From NCBI GenBank assembly GCA_048499955.1, contig JASNYX010000001.1, positions 66,452 to 130,451 on the forward strand: 64,000 bases of DNA, read 5' to 3'. Shown one piece after another: positions 30,368-39,989 of the stretch. Positions within the stretch are counted from its first letter, which is position 1, and every line of letters starts with the position of its first letter. Both the position numbers and the translations under genes were made by a program. The notes beneath the pieces are model-generated. The model worked only from the letters and a program-made list of their open reading frames with translations. It did no database searches and was not told the DNA's origin. The stretch comes from Patescibacteria group bacterium (GTDB lineage Bacteria; Patescibacteriota; WWE3; 2-01-FULL-39-13).

Positions 30368-31435
30368 ATGGAAAGCGGGAAAAAAGAATTGCCTATAAAA
30401 CAGAGGTCTGTTATTGAACTTCTTAAATATTACTTCAAAAATAAACCACATTCAGATATTGAACCATCGAAGAACCTTTGGACTGTCACAAGAATTTCTT
30501 TAATCGGTGTTGGAATTTTAGGCTCAATTATACTTGTTATTGTGGGCATGGCCGGACGCAATCTTGAACTGAAAGCCGAGATACTAAAAGACATTCTACG
30601 GCAGGAAGATTTTCAAAATAAAGAAACCAGTATTCCGGATACTTCTATCACAACTCTAAAAGTTGATTCATATAAAATTTCATCAACGCCACCTGCCGTT
30701 TCTGCTAAAGCATATTTGGTGTATGACCTAAAAAACGATAAGAAGATTTATGGAAAAGGTGAAGATATGCAGTTGCCTCCCGCTTCTGTGACTAAAATAA
30801 TGACTGCAGTAATCGCTTTGGAAAACTTTGATCTAAGTAAGCCTGTTATTGTCCCCTCTCAATGTGTTGGGATAAACGGTGCAAATGTAGGTTTTCAGGC
30901 GAACGAAATGTTTACGTTAGAGGATCTGATTTACGGTTTGTTAGTTAGATCAGGAGCTGATGCAGCGTGTACAATTGCGAATATTTATAATAATGAGGCT
31001 GATTATGTTGCAACAATGAACAACAAAGCCATTGATATCGGAATGGTAAACACAAAGTACCAAAATGAAATAGGTTTTGATGCCAGATCTGAGCAATTAA
31101 CGACGATTAATGACCTCGAGAAATTGTCTAAGTATGCATTACGCTCTTCTATATTTCGTAAAATTGTCGGAACCAAAAAAGTGGATATCAATGCATTAAA
31201 TACTAAAAACGTTTATTCATTAGTTAATACCAATGACTTGCTGTTCACGATTCCCGGAACTGTAGGCATAAAAACCGGTACCACATTTGAAGCGGGGCAA
31301 TGCCTCACTTATTTATATGAAAATAAGGGGAACGAAATATTAATCATTATTCTTGGATCACAGAACAGATTTGCCGACACCTCACAACTGCTTAAGTGGA
31401 GCGTTTCAGAAATAGAAGCGGCCAACCAAAACTAA
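30368..31435 (+). CDS. D-alanyl-D-alanine carboxypeptidase family (peptidase S11)
   Basis: PASVTKIMT (SxxK), RSGADAA at the SxN position, GIKTG. Confidence 0.9.
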   Translation: MESGKKELPIKQRSVIELLKYYFKNKPHSDIEPSKNLWTVTRISLIGVGILGSIILVIVGMAGRNLELKAEILKDILRQEDFQNKETSIPDTSITTLKVDSYKISSTPPAVSAKAYLVYDLKNDKKIYGKGEDMQLPPASVTKIMTAVIALENFDLSKPVIVPSQCVGINGANVGFQANEMFTLEDLIYGLLVRSGADAACTIANIYNNEADYVATMNNKAIDIGMVNTKYQNEIGFDARSEQLTTINDLEKLSKYALRSSIFRKIVGTKKVDINALNTKNVYSLVNTNDLLFTIPGTVGIKTGTTFEAGQCLTYLYENKGNEILIIILGSQNRFADTSQLLKWSVSEIEAANQN

Positions 31436-31890
31436 AAATTATTTCGGCTTTCAATGTAACGATTTAAAATTTTGCAGGCGGCCATTGCATGTTCATCAGA
31501 TCTTTTTTCTTGTGGAACCCCTAAATTTATTAGGCTTTCTTGTGACTCGATCGAAGTATAACTTTCATCAATATACTCGACATTAATGTGATTAATATTT
31601 AGGGATCTGAAGTAACGTTTTATTTTATTCCCAAAGCTTCTTATGCGTTTGGAAGTCCGGTTTTCTTGTCCCGCAACTAAGGGCAGACCGATGACAATCT
31701 CGCTAATATTTTCCTGTTTAGCAATTTTCAGTATTTTTTCGATTGCCTGATTCTCTAGTAGGTGGTCAATCTTAATTTGAAGTGTTTCAAGAGGGCCTAC
31801 AAATTTACCTCTGGCAATTGCCAATCCGATAAATTTCTCTCCATGGTCTATGCCTAACAGATTTTTGTTTTGAAGGTTCGAAGTTTCCAT
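31432..31890 (-). CDS. ruvX: RuvX/YqgF family nuclease
   Basis: LGIDHG...IGLA, IVIGLP, DESYTS, AA..IL. Confidence 0.9.
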   Translation of the reverse strand: METSNLQNKNLLGIDHGEKFIGLAIARGKFVGPLETLQIKIDHLLENQAIEKILKIAKQENISEIVIGLPLVAGQENRTSKRIRSFGNKIKRYFRSLNINHINVEYIDESYTSIESQESLINLGVPQEKRSDEHAMAACKILNRYIESRNNF

Positions 31891-32051
31891 ATCTTGCCTA
31901 AAGTATCATATTTATCTTACGCAGGCGAGACCGCCAATATAATAGGTATGGTATGAATTCCGGGCTAAGTATAAGTTACTTTGCAATATAGGAGTGGGTT
32001 AATCTAACTACGTAATTGACGCTAACTACGCAATCTGCGATAATCATGAAT

Positions 32052-32369
32052 ATGAGCAAACAAACTAGTCCTTGGAGGAATGAGGTTCTTGCGGGTGAGA
32101 AAACTGTAGGAGCTTTTGAAGCTAGGCGCAACTTTGGAAAAGTTTTAAAGGGCGTCGAAGCGAATAAATCTAAATATATCATTGAGAAAAACGGAGAGCC
32201 TGTAGCTGCTCTAGTTCCTGTTAACCTCTATGAGCAATGGAAGCAGAGTAGAGAAACTCTAGTTAATAAAATTAGTAGGATTCAGAATATAGCCAATTTA
32301 ACGCCTGAGGTTGCTGAAGATTTAGCAAAAGAGGCCGTTAAGTTTGTTCGTTCGCAAAAAATTAGGTGA
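32052..32369 (+). CDS. Phd/YefM family antitoxin
   Basis: EARRNFGKVL..V.....IIEKNGEPVAALVP. Overlaps the PIN gene. Confidence 0.88.
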   Translation: MSKQTSPWRNEVLAGEKTVGAFEARRNFGKVLKGVEANKSKYIIEKNGEPVAALVPVNLYEQWKQSRETLVNKISRIQNIANLTPEVAEDLAKEAVKFVRSQKIR

Positions 32370-32800
32370 AAGCTGTATTAGACACAAACATTATTGTAAG
32401 TGCTTTTCTTTCTCCGAGTGGTCCCAACGCAGAAATCCTTAAACATCTTTTTAAAGAAGAGTTAAAAATTTTTGCCTCACCGGAAATTCTAGAAGAATAT
32501 TCAGAGGTAATGCGGTATCCCAAAATTAAAAAGTATCTTAAATCGTCTCCTGAGGAAATTGATGAAGTGATCTTAGAGCTGTTCGAAACATTCGGTGAGG
32601 TTGTAATCCCCAAAAGGAAACTTGAAGTTGTGGATCAAGATCCGGATGATAATAAATTTGTGGAGTGTTCTGTTGAGGTCAATGCAGATTTTATTGTTAC
32701 ATACGACCCTCACCTTCTAGAACTCAAGAAATACGAAAGCACCCATATTGTGGTTCCTGCGGTATTTCTGGAACTTCTAAAAAAAGGACCCGACTTTTAA
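32366..32800 (+). CDS. PIN-domain toxin (VapC-like)
   Basis: AVLDTNIIVSA, DPDDNKFVECS, IVTYD.HLL. Confidence 0.9.
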   Translation: MKAVLDTNIIVSAFLSPSGPNAEILKHLFKEELKIFASPEILEEYSEVMRYPKIKKYLKSSPEEIDEVILELFETFGEVVIPKRKLEVVDQDPDDNKFVECSVEVNADFIVTYDPHLLELKKYESTHIVVPAVFLELLKKGPDF

Positions 32801-32860
32801 TCGCCTTTGACCCGGTTTATGTAGCTGACAGCTGTTGATCTTGCAATAATTCCCTAATAC

Positions 32861-34153
32861 TTAAGGCATAAGCCTTTTTACATCTCTTGGCAAAAATGTT
32901 GCTTCTCTAATGTTAGGCAAATCCAACAGTTGCATGATGATCCTGCTCGGACCGATTCCTGCACCTCCATGAGGTGGGCATCCGTACTTGAAAAAATCAA
33001 TATAATCTTTAAGAGTGGAGACCTCGATCCCTTTTTCTTCTATTTGTTTTGTCAATATTTCCGGCCGGTGTTCTCTTTGTGCTCCGGTTGTGATTTCGAG
33101 ACCTTTATAAATTAGATCGAAGCTCTTGGTTAATTCAGGATTATCCGTATGCCTCATATGGTAAAAGGGACGAACACTGATGTGATAATCGGTTATGAAA
33201 ACAAAATCAGATCCTGTTTCGTTTTTCATGATTTTTGAGATTTCTTTTTCTTCAACCGGACTAAGGTCGTGTTCTTTTTCTCCGGTTATTCCTGCTGATT
33301 TCAGTTTTTCCTTAGCTTCTCTCATAGATATTTTGGGGAAAGGTCTCGACGGTATTTCTATGCTCAAGCCTAAATTATTGTTAACCTGTTTGATACCTTC
33401 GATTACTAGGCCTTCTTCTTCGTCCATGATTTCGTGGTGTGATTCTATGTATGAAATTTCAAAGTCCCATCCGGTAAACTCGGTTAAGTGTCTGGTTGTG
33501 AAAGAAGGTTCCGCTCTAAAAACGGGTCCGACGGCGAAAACTTTTTCAAAGCCTGCTGCCATTGCCATTTGTTTATAGAACTGTGGAGATTGTGCAAGAT
33601 AGGCTTTTCTTTCGAAATAGTCTACTTGAAAAAATTCAGAACCGCCTTCGCTTGGTGCATTCATTAATGAAGGAGAATAAAATTGCATATACTCATTGTC
33701 GTTCCAGTATTTTCGGAATCCTTGTTCTAGAGCTCCCCATGTTTTGAAAATTTTAAGCTTGTCGGGTTTTCTAAGATCAATCCATCTATAATCCAGTCTT
33801 GTAGGTTGCTCGGTTTCTCCCCCGCTTTTTTCAACTACAACAGGAATCGGAAGAATAGCTTCAGATTTTGAAAGGATATGAATTTCCTGTGCTTCTACCT
33901 CGAATCCACTTGGTGCTTGTTTTTCTTCTTTTGCGGTTCCTGAAATTTTAACTACAGACTCAAGAGTAAGATCTTCGACGGTTTTAAATGCGTTTTCATT
34001 ATTTTTTAGTACAACGCATTGAATTGTTCCGGTAGTATCTCGAAGTATCAGGAACTTAATGCTTCCTTGGTTACGAATTGCCTGGACAAACCCGGCAAGT
34101 TCAACCGTTTCTCCGATGTGTTTTTGTATGTCTTTTATGTATGTGCGTTTCAT
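32861..34153 (-). CDS. aspS: Aspartate-tRNA(Asp/Asn) ligase, archaeal-type non-discriminating
   Basis: 430 aa without a GAD insert. RLDYRWIDLR, YLAQSPQFYKQ, FRAE, GAQREH, PPHGG.G.G, FLPRD. Confidence 0.93.
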   Translation of the reverse strand: MKRTYIKDIQKHIGETVELAGFVQAIRNQGSIKFLILRDTTGTIQCVVLKNNENAFKTVEDLTLESVVKISGTAKEEKQAPSGFEVEAQEIHILSKSEAILPIPVVVEKSGGETEQPTRLDYRWIDLRKPDKLKIFKTWGALEQGFRKYWNDNEYMQFYSPSLMNAPSEGGSEFFQVDYFERKAYLAQSPQFYKQMAMAAGFEKVFAVGPVFRAEPSFTTRHLTEFTGWDFEISYIESHHEIMDEEEGLVIEGIKQVNNNLGLSIEIPSRPFPKISMREAKEKLKSAGITGEKEHDLSPVEEKEISKIMKNETGSDFVFITDYHISVRPFYHMRHTDNPELTKSFDLIYKGLEITTGAQREHRPEILTKQIEEKGIEVSTLKDYIDFFKYGCPPHGGAGIGPSRIIMQLLDLPNIREATFLPRDVKRLMP

Positions 34154-34174
34154 TGCTGATATTATACCTGAAAT

Positions 34175-35863
34175 TTATGCAACTTTGAGATCTTTGAGCT
34201 TTAATTCGAGTGAGCGGTTCCCGTTCCACTCATTTATTGATAGGTTATAGGCAACGTCTACTTTATCGCCAAGTCCCAGTTTTAGACTGTTATCGGCATT
34301 AAACATTATTCCGGTGATTTTGTTATTTTGATCGTCTGACATAAACAACCTCAAGTGTTGGTTTTCTTTTCCGAAAAATGAAGAATTAAAGACCTTCAGG
34401 CTTCTGGTCACGAATAATGGTTCGGAGTTTCCTACGCCAAACGGTTTTAAAGTTTGAATTTTTTCTACTGTGTTAGTGTGTATAAGTTCTGCAGGGATTT
34501 CCATGTCTACCTTTATTTTAGGTGTAAAGGTGTTCTCATCCCATTCATTGAGAGTGTTTAGGGATTCTATTAGTTTGGAAATATTCTCTGCAGGAAGTGA
34601 AAATCCCGCAGCCATATCATGTCCACCGAGTTTTTCAAATAATGGATCAAATTTATGTAATGCCTCGATTATAGAAATTCCCTCAATTGAGCGTGCGGAG
34701 CCTTTGGCTTTTCCTGTTGACTGGTCAACGGCGATTGCAATTGATGGCCGGTAGTAGGTTTGAACAAGTTTTCCTGCAATTAATCCAATGATTCCCTCAT
34801 GATATGTGGGGCTGAATGACACAAGGAATTTAGGGATCTCGGTTTTTGTGGTTGTTTTTGGGTCAATATCTAGTTGGTTAATGGCGTATTCCAGATCTGA
34901 TTGGGTTTTATCTTGACGTTTTCTATTAAGATCTTTTAATGATTCGCCGATTGTTTTTGCCTGATCTTCTGATTCTGTAGAAAGTAACCTGAGCGAATCC
35001 ATTGCGCTTTCGAGTCTCCCGCTGGCATTCAAATGAGGACCTATTACCCATCCTATATGATATGTGTCTATTTTATCTTCGAGTGATATTACTTTTTTTA
35101 AAACTTCGATACCAAGAATGGTTCCATTATTAAGCTGATTAATGCCATGTTTGGCAATTGATCGGTTGAATCCTGTTAGCGGTTGTAGGTCGCAAATAGT
35201 TCCCAGTGCGGCAAGATCAAGATAACTCTCATCAGGCTTATTATATTTTCCCAGCAGTTTATGTGCGATTAACCAGGCAATACCGGCTCCTGTTGCTTGC
35301 TCAGTCCAGATTAGATGATGGGGTGAAGGTTCTTCTGACCCTTTATGGTGATGATCGGTAAGTATAACCCTTGTGCCTAAGTTTTTCAGTGCTTCGATCT
35401 CAGCAACTGAAACAATTCCGCAGTCTACTGTTATCAGTAATGAATTGCTAAGTGCGAATCCTTTAGTCTCAAGTAGCTTACTAACACCGTTAATGCTTTC
35501 AGTACTTAATCCATAACCTTCGTCAAATCTGTTAGGAATATATGGAAAAACATTTTCGTATTCCAAGTCCTTATATATAGTTCGCCAGAGAATTGCCGTG
35601 GCCGTTTGACCGTCTACATCGTAATCACCATAAATGACGATTGGTTTCTTGTCGCGTATAGCTTGTGAAATTTCTTCTAACGCCGGAATAATATTATTGT
35701 TTACTAACTCTATGAAATTTCCGTCGGTTGTAACATATTCCCATGGGGTTATATCCAGATTGTATTTTGCAGTGAACTTGCGATTTTTTACTAAAATATC
35801 AAAAACTTCGTCATATGAGGTTGCCCGGTTTTGGCTTAAAAAATCCCATCGGTATTTATTCAT
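34175..35863 (-). CDS. recJ: Single-stranded DNA exonuclease RecJ
   Basis: YGDYDVDG, PNRFDEGYG, TVDCG, TDHH, GSARS, GGH..AAG, PFG.GN.EP. Confidence 0.97.
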   Translation of the reverse strand: MNKYRWDFLSQNRATSYDEVFDILVKNRKFTAKYNLDITPWEYVTTDGNFIELVNNNIIPALEEISQAIRDKKPIVIYGDYDVDGQTATAILWRTIYKDLEYENVFPYIPNRFDEGYGLSTESINGVSKLLETKGFALSNSLLITVDCGIVSVAEIEALKNLGTRVILTDHHHKGSEEPSPHHLIWTEQATGAGIAWLIAHKLLGKYNKPDESYLDLAALGTICDLQPLTGFNRSIAKHGINQLNNGTILGIEVLKKVISLEDKIDTYHIGWVIGPHLNASGRLESAMDSLRLLSTESEDQAKTIGESLKDLNRKRQDKTQSDLEYAINQLDIDPKTTTKTEIPKFLVSFSPTYHEGIIGLIAGKLVQTYYRPSIAIAVDQSTGKAKGSARSIEGISIIEALHKFDPLFEKLGGHDMAAGFSLPAENISKLIESLNTLNEWDENTFTPKIKVDMEIPAELIHTNTVEKIQTLKPFGVGNSEPLFVTRSLKVFNSSFFGKENQHLRLFMSDDQNNKITGIMFNADNSLKLGLGDKVDVAYNLSINEWNGNRSLELKLKDLKVA

Positions 35864-36091
35864 TATTTCAGACTAACATATAAGATTATTGTGAACCCGC
35901 ATAATATAAATTCCCTATTTTTGAAAGTGATTTTTGCACTTCTGTCGGGCCAGTTTTTTTGACTTGAGTTAAATACTTTAGCTCATCTGTCGCGTAATTT
36001 GCAAAATATTTCGTGATAATTTAACTAGTAATTGCAGTATGTTTAATAATAAGTTAATAAATATTTAATATCCGAGTATTAAATTAAAAGC

Positions 36092-36763
36092 ATGAAAATA
36101 TTAATCATAGATCCCGACCCACGAACCGGCCAACGCTTGCTTCGTGTTTTAAAAGAAGATTATATAGTTGATTTCGCTATGAACGCGAAAGATGCAGAGG
36201 AGTTACTTTATACTACTCATTATGATTTAATGATTACCAATCTAAACCTTCCTGATATTAATGGAGAAGACTTCGTAAATTTAATTAGAACAAATATCAA
36301 GGAGCTTCCTATTATGGTTCTTTCAGGAAAAATGGCAGTTTCAGATAGAGATTTCGCTTTTGAAAAAGGAGCCGACGATTACATGATTAAGCCTTTAAAT
36401 ACCATAGAACTAAAAGCACGAATCAAGGCTCTACTTAATAGAAAACCCAATCGAGAAAGAAGTCTAAAAGAAATCTTAGAACTTAGAGATCTAGTGCTGG
36501 ATCGTGCAAAACGAATGAGTTTTTACAAGAACGAAAGATTAAAATTACGCAAAAAAGAAATGCAGTTACTTGAATATTTGCTCGAAAATCAGGGCAGAGT
36601 AGTTACAAGGGGCGAAATACTGGAAAGAGTTTGGGATTCATCTGCTAATCCATTTACCAATACGGTTGAGGTTCATCTTAAACGGTTACGAGATAAAATC
36701 GAAAAACCCTATAACGAAAAGTTTATTGAAACCGTTCATGGCTTTGGTTATATGATGTCGTGA
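36092..36763 (+). CDS. OmpR/PhoB-family response regulator with atypical receiver
   Basis: GADDYMIKP and winged helix (NTVEVHLKRLRDKI, TVHGFGY). The phospho-acceptor Asp position reads Asn (ITNLNLPD). Confidence 0.9.
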   Translation: MKILIIDPDPRTGQRLLRVLKEDYIVDFAMNAKDAEELLYTTHYDLMITNLNLPDINGEDFVNLIRTNIKELPIMVLSGKMAVSDRDFAFEKGADDYMIKPLNTIELKARIKALLNRKPNRERSLKEILELRDLVLDRAKRMSFYKNERLKLRKKEMQLLEYLLENQGRVVTRGEILERVWDSSANPFTNTVEVHLKRLRDKIEKPYNEKFIETVHGFGYMMS

Positions 36764-36811
36764 GATATATCTCTGTGGTACCAGGCTGTTGAGGTTGTTT
36801 ATCTAGTTGAT

Positions 36812-36839
36812 TTGACATTCAACTGTACGATCGTACAAT
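36812..36839 (+). promoter_or_regulatory. Sigma70 promoter of the TA operon with overlapping palindromic operator
   Basis: TTGACA (36812-17), 16-nt spacer, TACAAT (36834-39). Perfect palindrome TGTACGATCGTACA at 36824-36837. Confidence 0.8.
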
Positions 36840-36845
36840 CAGTTT

Positions 36846-37136
36846 ATGACTTACACTAAAAAAGTTAAAAAATCATATTTAAGGGATAATCTTGCATCAA
36901 TTGTTTCAGATGTTGAGAAAGGCCAGGTTTACTACGTATCAGACAGAGGTTATGAAAAAGTTGCATTAGTTCCAATTTCTCTTGTTGAAAGAAAAAGCAG
37001 AGTTCTAAAAAAGCTTAAACCAATATCACAAAGCAATGCGTTTGGTATTTTCGCCGATAAAAATGAGATGAAAGATTCAGTTGCATGGGTAAGGAATTTA
37101 AGAGAATCCGAAGTTAACGAAACCTATGCCAAATAA
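36846..37136 (+). CDS. Phd/YefM-like antitoxin
   Basis: LRDNLASIVSDVEKG..YYVSDRG....ALVP and a C-terminal DSVAWVRNLRE. Confidence 0.8.
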   Translation: MTYTKKVKKSYLRDNLASIVSDVEKGQVYYVSDRGYEKVALVPISLVERKSRVLKKLKPISQSNAFGIFADKNEMKDSVAWVRNLRESEVNETYAK

Positions 37137-37506
37137 GATATTGTTTGACACATGTGTACTGGTCGATGCTTTGCGAGCTTATAAGCCTGCGGTCGAGTAT
37201 GTTGAGAAATATGAGGAAGTAAATATTTCAATAATTACTGCGATGGAGTTGATTAAGGGATCAAAGAACAAAGCAGAGCTTAATTATTTATCTGAGTTGA
37301 TTGACGGTTACAACGTTGAACCTCTAGATTCGACTATTTCTATTGCGGCAGAATCTTTAGTTAAGATTTATCATCTGAAGAATAATTTTGCGATTGGAGA
37401 TGCCTTGATTGCCGCAACATGCTTATCAAAAGGTTACTCTTTAGCGACTAGAGACCTTGTTCATTTTGAAAATATTACCGGACTGGATATTGTGGTTCCC
37501 TTTTGA
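37126..37506 (+). CDS. vapC: VapC family PIN toxin
   Basis: LFDTCVLVD, ELIKG, DALIAAT, LATRD..HF. Confidence 0.9.
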   Translation: MPNKILFDTCVLVDALRAYKPAVEYVEKYEEVNISIITAMELIKGSKNKAELNYLSELIDGYNVEPLDSTISIAAESLVKIYHLKNNFAIGDALIAATCLSKGYSLATRDLVHFENITGLDIVVPF

Positions 37507-37529
37507 TTAACCCTTATTTTGATTGTTTG

Positions 37530-37913
37530 CTAAGCTGCCTCTGAAGAAATCTTTTTGCGTGAGCTATAACCAAGAAAAATTGATAAAAATAATGACCCCC
37601 AACCTACTATAAAAAAACCTATCGGTAGTATTTTCTTAAATACCCTAATGATGGCTACTGAAGCTGATCCTCCTGATTCATCTAGCCCCAGTGAGCTAAG
37701 GGTCTGATCTTGAAGCGGTTCTATTATGTGTTTGTTGTATTCGAAGCCGAAGAGCAAAAACGAAAACCCTATGAGCAAAAGCAATCCGGAGCGGCTTGGT
37801 TTATAAATCAACAAAAAAATTGCAAAGAGAATCCCTAGAAAATATCCGATTGCATCCTGATTATGAATGAACGTTAAAAAAATAGTATCGATCAAGCTTT
37901 CACGAAGGCTCAT
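37530..37913 (-). CDS. Hypothetical membrane protein (about 3 TM)
   Basis: Hydrophobic ORF with TATAAT 6 nt upstream of the ATG. Confidence 0.7.
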   Translation of the reverse strand: MSLRESLIDTIFLTFIHNQDAIGYFLGILFAIFLLIYKPSRSGLLLLIGFSFLLFGFEYNKHIIEPLQDQTLSSLGLDESGGSASVAIIRVFKKILPIGFFIVGWGSLFLSIFLGYSSRKKISSEAA

Positions 37914-37979
37914 TTAGATATTATATAACTTCTGGGTTAAAGGAGTGGGTAAACTAAATTCTTGTAGTTGATGTAAGAA

Positions 37980-38699
37980 TTAATACTCTGTTGGTGGGGT
38001 ATAACCATTTCTTATGTGCTCTCTAAATCTTGAGAGTGTTGATTCTACTGCCTTATATGATACGCCCAACTCTTCTGCAATTTGTTTAACAGGTATTGGA
38101 CCGTTTTCATTTAATCCGTAATATAATCTGGCAATTTTAGCCTCTCTAGGGTTCTTATCTTCAATTGTCGCGAGGAATGCGTGCAGGTCATCGTAACGCG
38201 TTTTCTTTTCGAAAATCGCTGCAGGGTCCAGTGATTCATCGGATAGAAAATCATCAGTATCCTGTAATTGAACTTCGTTAAGTTGTCGGTGTCTTTCCCT
38301 GCGACCTTTATCAATAAGCCTTTGCCACACTCGTGTTGTTACCCATGTTTCAAACTCAACGCCTTGAGTTGGGTCGTATCGTTCAGTTGCTTGAACTAGG
38401 GCATCAATTGCCGCCGGTATGGTCTCTTCTTCCGGAAGAAGGTATGCGTTGTTTGAGTACTTCTTGGCCAAAGTTAAGGCTTTGGCAAAAAGTTCCTCGG
38501 TAACAAGTGCCCAGTTGGGATTTCTTTGTTGACCAGAAACTTCAATCGGGTTCCCAGTTATTTCCTGTGATGAATGATAGTGGTTGGTAAGCGATTGCAT
38601 GTCAGGATGTTGAATTGGGTTGTATGGGATTTCCATTGACTCCTCAGTATTATCATGTGGAGGCTCATTCTCAAGAATTGAGGAAATAGAGGCAGGCAT
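37980..38699 (-). CDS. Alternative sigma-70 family RNA polymerase sigma factor
   Basis: Region 2 (ALVQATERYDPTQGVEFETWV...LID..R) and region 4 HTH (REAKI..LYYGL...KQIAEELGVS...V...LSR), with a low-complexity N-terminal extension. Confidence 0.85.
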   Translation of the reverse strand: MPASISSILENEPPHDNTEESMEIPYNPIQHPDMQSLTNHYHSSQEITGNPIEVSGQQRNPNWALVTEELFAKALTLAKKYSNNAYLLPEEETIPAAIDALVQATERYDPTQGVEFETWVTTRVWQRLIDKGRRERHRQLNEVQLQDTDDFLSDESLDPAAIFEKKTRYDDLHAFLATIEDKNPREAKIARLYYGLNENGPIPVKQIAEELGVSYKAVESTLSRFREHIRNGYTPPTEY

Positions 38700-38800
38700 A
38701 CAGTTATTCTGCCCGTTTCAGATTGAATAGGCAAGTTTCAATTCAAATAAGTGTTACGCATTTGCCGGAAATATGAGGTTTTGATAGAATTCCGGCAATT

Positions 38801-39544
38801 ATGAGCGATCAATTTCCACCTATATTTCAAATTACTAATGCTTCTGAACTTCCCGAAAAAGATCTTGCAGAAATGCTTTTCGTTTCTCAAAATGCACCTG
38901 AGGCATGGCAAACTCGAGTTATTATGGTATTTCCTGAGCTTGCAAACTACAGCGGGCAGGTACTAAAAGGTGCCGAAATTATGAACGGAACTAACCGTGG
39001 AGATAAAGTATTTGCTGATAGTGTTGATTATGCTTGTCAGGTACATTGGATGCTTTCACATACTGCAAACATAGCAAGCAAACCGGAGACTAGATCGGCC
39101 ATTTCTCTCGAATCTAGTGAAGATTCCAATTTGCGAAAAATGCTTCAAGATGTAGATGTTAAAAACAACCCATCAGATGTGGTCGATGTAATAGTACCGA
39201 GGCTAAAAATATTCTATGATCGATTTGGAGCATCATTTAGGATCGAAGACGATACAACTGGGATAGCTGTTTATGTTTATAACCAGAGCTCGCTTAGACC
39301 GGGTGATCCCGCAATAATCGAAGAATATCATGATCAACCAATGGATCATCTTTCTTACTATTTCAAGGTCACCGATTATCGCAATAATGCACGCTATGAG
39401 ATATCTATTGCCGGAGAGCCGGACAGTGAAGGTCGGTCGACCGGTGATTTCCTTGCAACTCTAGGTGTCGGAGTAGGTGATAACGAAGATTATTCTAGAT
39501 ATTTTACTGTGAATCGGGCTATAGGAAATGTTGATGGGTTATAA
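38801..39544 (+). CDS. Hypothetical acidic protein
   Basis: 247-aa ORF divergent from the sigma factor. No recognised motif. Confidence 0.7.
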   Translation: MSDQFPPIFQITNASELPEKDLAEMLFVSQNAPEAWQTRVIMVFPELANYSGQVLKGAEIMNGTNRGDKVFADSVDYACQVHWMLSHTANIASKPETRSAISLESSEDSNLRKMLQDVDVKNNPSDVVDVIVPRLKIFYDRFGASFRIEDDTTGIAVYVYNQSSLRPGDPAIIEEYHDQPMDHLSYYFKVTDYRNNARYEISIAGEPDSEGRSTGDFLATLGVGVGDNEDYSRYFTVNRAIGNVDGL

Positions 39545-39772
39545 TTGCCAGCAACTTAAATAATGATGATTCGCTAGACCTTGTGTTGGCTAGCCTCATT
39601 TGAGAAAGCCAGTTTATGTTAGATTCTCTTCAAAAGAATTCAACCGATTATTGTTGCAATAGTTAATTTTTCTTAACCTGTGGCATTTCAAAATTTTCTC
39701 GCATTCGTGATCTGAAGCTTGAGAGTGTTGAAGGTTATGACGCCTATCATGTTTATGTCAGAATGAGGGCAT

Positions 39773-39809
39773 AAAAGCCTCGTCTTAGCTTTGCTCGACG
39801 AGGTTTTTT
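39773..39809 (+). terminator. Intrinsic terminator
   Basis: AAAAGCCTCGTC...GACGAGGTTTTTT. Confidence 0.8.
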
Positions 39810-39905
39810 AAAATCCACCTTTATCTCTATCTCAAATTTGCTTATTGATGGCGGTGTTAGCTTTGCCCTAACAGTGCTACCTGTGTACCCTGTCTGTTCA
39901 TTAGG

Positions 39906-39934
39906 TTGACATCCTGCTCGACCCATAGTATACT
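39906..39934 (+). promoter_or_regulatory. Sigma70 promoter upstream of the 39990 ORF
   Basis: TTGACA, 17-nt spacer, TATACT. Confidence 0.75.
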
Positions 39935-39989
39935 CGTCTGTTCTGTCGATAGTTCATGTAAGAGCTGAGATAGATCATAAATTAATGCT

